64,000 nucleotides of DNA. Origin: an uncultured delta proteobacterium. Lineage in GTDB: Bacteria > Myxococcota_A > Polyangia > Fen-1088. Positions 61,430 through 64,000 of the stretch are shown piece by piece. The translations under genes were made by a program, and so were the position numbers. The notes beneath the pieces were generated by a model that had not been told where the DNA came from, did no database searches, and saw nothing but the letters and a program-made list of their open reading frames with translations. Numbering within the stretch: position 1 is the first letter of the stretch; the number at the start of each line of letters is the position of its first letter. The DNA is taken from NCBI GenBank assembly GCA_963767925.1, contig CAVYGB010000010.1, positions 352,001-416,000 on the forward strand, read 5' to 3'.

Positions 61430-62112
61430 CGCGCGTGCGGCACATCCTCTGGGCGCTCGTCACGGCGGGATGCGCGACCCCCCGGTTGCCGCCGCCCGCG
61501 GAGCTGGTACGCGCAACCCCGCCTTCCGCGGAGGGGACCTGCACGATCGCGGGCCCGGTTCCGTCCGATCTTCACGCCGTGTTCGTCGCGCGCGGCGCCT
61601 CGCTGCCCGTCGCCGACGGCTACTTGCTGTCCTGCACCTGTGGCGGCCGTTCCCTGGAGGGCGGCGCCGAGCGGCGCGGCCTGGCAGGTGGCACCGAAGA
61701 TCGCGCCCTGGCCGGCGCCGTGGAAGACCGCGCCCTGGCCGGCCAATCCGAGGAGCGGGCCCTGGCCGGCGCGACGGAAGATCGCGCGCTGGCCGGGCAG
61801 GCCGAGGAGCGGGCCCTGGCCGGCGCGGTGGAGAGCCGGGCCCTGGCCGGGCAGGCCGAGGAGCGGGCCCTGGCGGGTGGCACCGAAGATCGCGCGCTGG
61901 CCGGCGCCACCGAGGATCGCGGTCTGGCCGGCGCGGTGGAGAGCCGGGCCCTGGCCGGCGCCTCCGAGGATCGCGGCCTGGCCGGCGCGGCCGCCGCCTT
62001 GACCTGCCACCTGCGTCCTGACTGCGAAGGGTACGTCGTCAGCGGACACGGTCTGCTGCGGTACTACGACGGCCAGCAACTCGTGGCCGCGAGCGGCCGC
62101 TGCGTGCGCTGA
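61426..62112 (+). CDS. Lipoprotein with 12 tandem 9-aa repeats
   Basis: Lipobox TAGC; repeat xxE(D/E/S)R(A/G)LAG flanked by Cys-containing segments. Confidence 0.8.
   Translation: MTRVRHILWALVTAGCATPRLPPPAELVRATPPSAEGTCTIAGPVPSDLHAVFVARGASLPVADGYLLSCTCGGRSLEGGAERRGLAGGTEDRALAGAVEDRALAGQSEERALAGATEDRALAGQAEERALAGAVESRALAGQAEERALAGGTEDRALAGATEDRGLAGAVESRALAGASEDRGLAGAAAALTCHLRPDCEGYVVSGHGLLRYYDGQQLVAASGRCVR
61663..61986 (+). repeat. 27-bp coding tandem repeat, 12 copies
   Basis: Units such as GGCACCGAAGATCGCGCCCTGGCCGGC and GCCGTGGAAGACCGCGCCCTGGCCGGC; 324 bp in total. Confidence 0.95.
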
Positions 62113-62132
62113 ACGCCAACAGGGAGGAGCCC

Positions 62133-62858
62133 ATGCCCGTGTCCGAGGCCCGGTCCAACATCTCGATCGCTGACGGTCGCCCCTGGCGCTTTCCGCCGGC
62201 GGCGCTCGCCGCCCTGCTCCTGGCAGGGGCCGCCGCCTCTGGCTGCGTCTTCTCGAACATGACGTTGCGGCCACCGGCGCACGCCAAGGTGACCAGCGCG
62301 ACGACTCCCGTCGCGCAGGGGCGAGAGATCCTGCTTGTCGTGCCCTTCACCGACCAGCGCCCGATCAAAGACCAATGCGGCATGAAGAAGAACGGCTTCA
62401 ACATGGTGACCTCGCGCATCGATTGCTCGGCGCCGCCCGACCAGTTCCTGTCCCAGCTCCTCGGCCAGGAGCTGACCGCCGCCGGCTTCAAGGTTGTCAC
62501 CGATCCCGCCCAGGCGACCTCGGCGGCGATCCGGATCGAGGGGGTACTCTTGCAATTCTTCGCCGAGCCGCACGCCGCCTACACGACCACTCCCGAGGCG
62601 GACATCGAGCTGCGCTTGCTGGCCTCCAGCGCGAGCGGCCTGCAGGCGCAGCGGCGGTTCTACGTCAAGGCGCGGGAGCTCTCGCTTTCGGGCGCGGACC
62701 TCAACTTTCAGCTCGCGGCGAACGACGCGATCAAGCAGGTCCTCAACCGCTCGGTCGCCGCGATCCTGGAGCTCCTGCAGCAGTTCCCGCAGCTCGGGCT
62801 TCCGGCCCAGGAAGAGCTCGCCGCGCGGCGCTCGGTCGGAAAGACGGTGTGGCGATGA
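62133..62858 (+). CDS. Uncharacterised lipoprotein (YajG-like)
   Basis: GGAGG RBS; lipobox ASGC; FTDQRP..CGMKKNGF, EL..AGF, IEG.L.QFF.E. Confidence 0.65.
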   Translation: MPVSEARSNISIADGRPWRFPPAALAALLLAGAAASGCVFSNMTLRPPAHAKVTSATTPVAQGREILLVVPFTDQRPIKDQCGMKKNGFNMVTSRIDCSAPPDQFLSQLLGQELTAAGFKVVTDPAQATSAAIRIEGVLLQFFAEPHAAYTTTPEADIELRLLASSASGLQAQRRFYVKARELSLSGADLNFQLAANDAIKQVLNRSVAAILELLQQFPQLGLPAQEELAARRSVGKTVWR

Positions 62859-63091
62859 GGGCGGGGAAGCTGCTGCTGGTGGCGGCGCTCGGGGCGGCGG
62901 CCCTGGGCTGCGCCCGCAAGGTGGTGCTGGACCCCGTCCTGGTCCCCGGGCGCAACGATCCGGCCTGGGTCATCCACCAGCCCCCTGCCCCCACCCGAGC
63001 GGGGCGCGCCTCGGCGCCGGCCGGCGCGCCGGTCCCCACGGTGCCCCGGAAACCGATTCCACCGCCTCTGGGGCGCCCCGCGACCCGCTGA
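62855..63091 (+). CDS. Small Pro-rich lipoprotein
   Basis: ATGA overlap; MRAGKLLLVAALGAAALGC lipobox. Confidence 0.6.
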   Translation: MRAGKLLLVAALGAAALGCARKVVLDPVLVPGRNDPAWVIHQPPAPTRAGRASAPAGAPVPTVPRKPIPPPLGRPATR

Positions 63092-63316
63092 TTCGGCAGG
63101 AAGACGCCGGCACGCGCCGCTTCACGCGACGGCGAACAGTCGGCCACCCGCGACAGGCGATCCTCGACCGCCGTCCGGGGTCTGCGACCACCCGGCAGAG
63201 CGCCGCTTGACCGCGCTGGCGCGCCAGCGCGGTCCATGTAATGTGCGCAGGGAGCGGCCCGACGGTCACCTCGCCGGTGACGCAAAGCCGGCTGCCGGGT
63301 CAAGACCAGGGGATCC

Positions 63317-64000
63317 ATGAAGCACGACGTCTCGAACCACCGCCGCGCCCTGACCGTTGCGCTGGGCGTCTTCCTGATCGCACCTTCCGTTTCGGCGCAA
63401 CCGGGCCGCGGACGCGGCACGCCGATCGCGGCGGAGGCGGCCTGTCCGCCCGGGATGACGGAGACCCGCCCGGGCAACTGCATGGCGCCCGAGGCGACGC
63501 CGCCGAGCATCGTCGACTACCGCCCCCGCTCGACGCTCGTCGTTCCGGGACATGCCCTGCAAGAAGGCGAAATATCCGGTGATCGACTTTCACGGCCACC
63601 CCCAGGGGCGGATCGGGTCGGCCGAGGGGCTCGCCGAGCTGGGCGCGTCGCTCGACACGATCAACGTCCGGCTGATGGTGGCGGCGAACAACATGTCCGG
63701 CGACGAGCTCAAGCGGGTCGTGGCCGCGGTCCGCGAATCGCCCCAGATGAAGGATCGCGTTCGCGTGCTCACCGGCATCAGCTTCCAGGGCGTGGGCCCG
63801 GGCTGGGCCGAGCGCGTGATCGCCCAGCTCGAGGCCGACGTGGCGGCAGGCGCGGTCGGCGTCGGAGAGATCGGCAAGGGCTTCGGCCAGAACACCCGCA
63901 AGGCGGACGGCACCCGGCTCGCGCTCGACGACGCCGCCTTGAAGCCGATCTGGGACGCCTGCGCCCGGCTCAAGCTGCCGGTGTTCATCCACACCGGCGA
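63317..64000 (+). CDS. Exported amidohydrolase family protein (partial; frameshift near 63560)
   Basis: Signal peptide; YRPRSTLVVP, KAKYPVIDFHGH (HxH), GVGEIGK, IWDACARLKLPVFIHTG; runs off the window. Confidence 0.85.
   Translation, partial: MKHDVSNHRRALTVALGVFLIAPSVSAQPGRGRGTPIAAEAACPPGMTETRPGNCMAPEATPPSIVDYRPRSTLVVPGHALQEGEISGDRLSRPPPGADRVGRGARRAGRVARHDQRPADGGGEQHVRRRAQAGRGRGPRIAPDEGSRSRAHRHQLPGRGPGLGRARDRPARGRRGGRRGRRRRDRQGLRPEHPQGGRHPARARRRRLEADLGRLRPAQAAGVHPHRR

Noticed and set aside
61663..61986. Possible CRISPR array
   Set aside because: Contiguous in-frame 27-bp units with no unique spacers and no cas genes

Overview
High-GC (roughly 70%+ by eye), gene-dense bacterial window with about 57 coding regions. 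I found no rRNA, tRNA, CRISPR array, transposase or integrase. Gene content (Ser/Thr kinase with PEGA, lipoproteins with Gly-rich linkers, ECF sigma factors, an AT-hook basic protein) suggests Myxococcota, probably Polyangia-like; this is an inference. The main candidate novel system is 32.6-46.5 kb: an HExxH metalloprotease, a LodA/GoxA-type CTQ oxidase fused to a VWA domain, a LodB-like flavoprotein, a membrane patatin-like lipase, a catalase-like protein, an ECF sigma factor, and a Dyp peroxidase with a coupled partner. Together these suggest a peroxide-generating and peroxide-consuming module. Other notable loci are a divergent TGT coupled to an MnmC-type methyltransferase, a four-lipoprotein operon including a 12 x 9-aa repeat protein, a vapBC module abutting a truncated gene, a collapsed ADOP permease relic with an orphan palindrome, and an ECF/FecR anti-sigma/ABC cassette. 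Clustered frameshifts (30.7-31.7 kb, 56.0-57.7 kb) look like long-read indel errors. Product calls come from motif recognition only, with no database searches, and several start codons are estimates.
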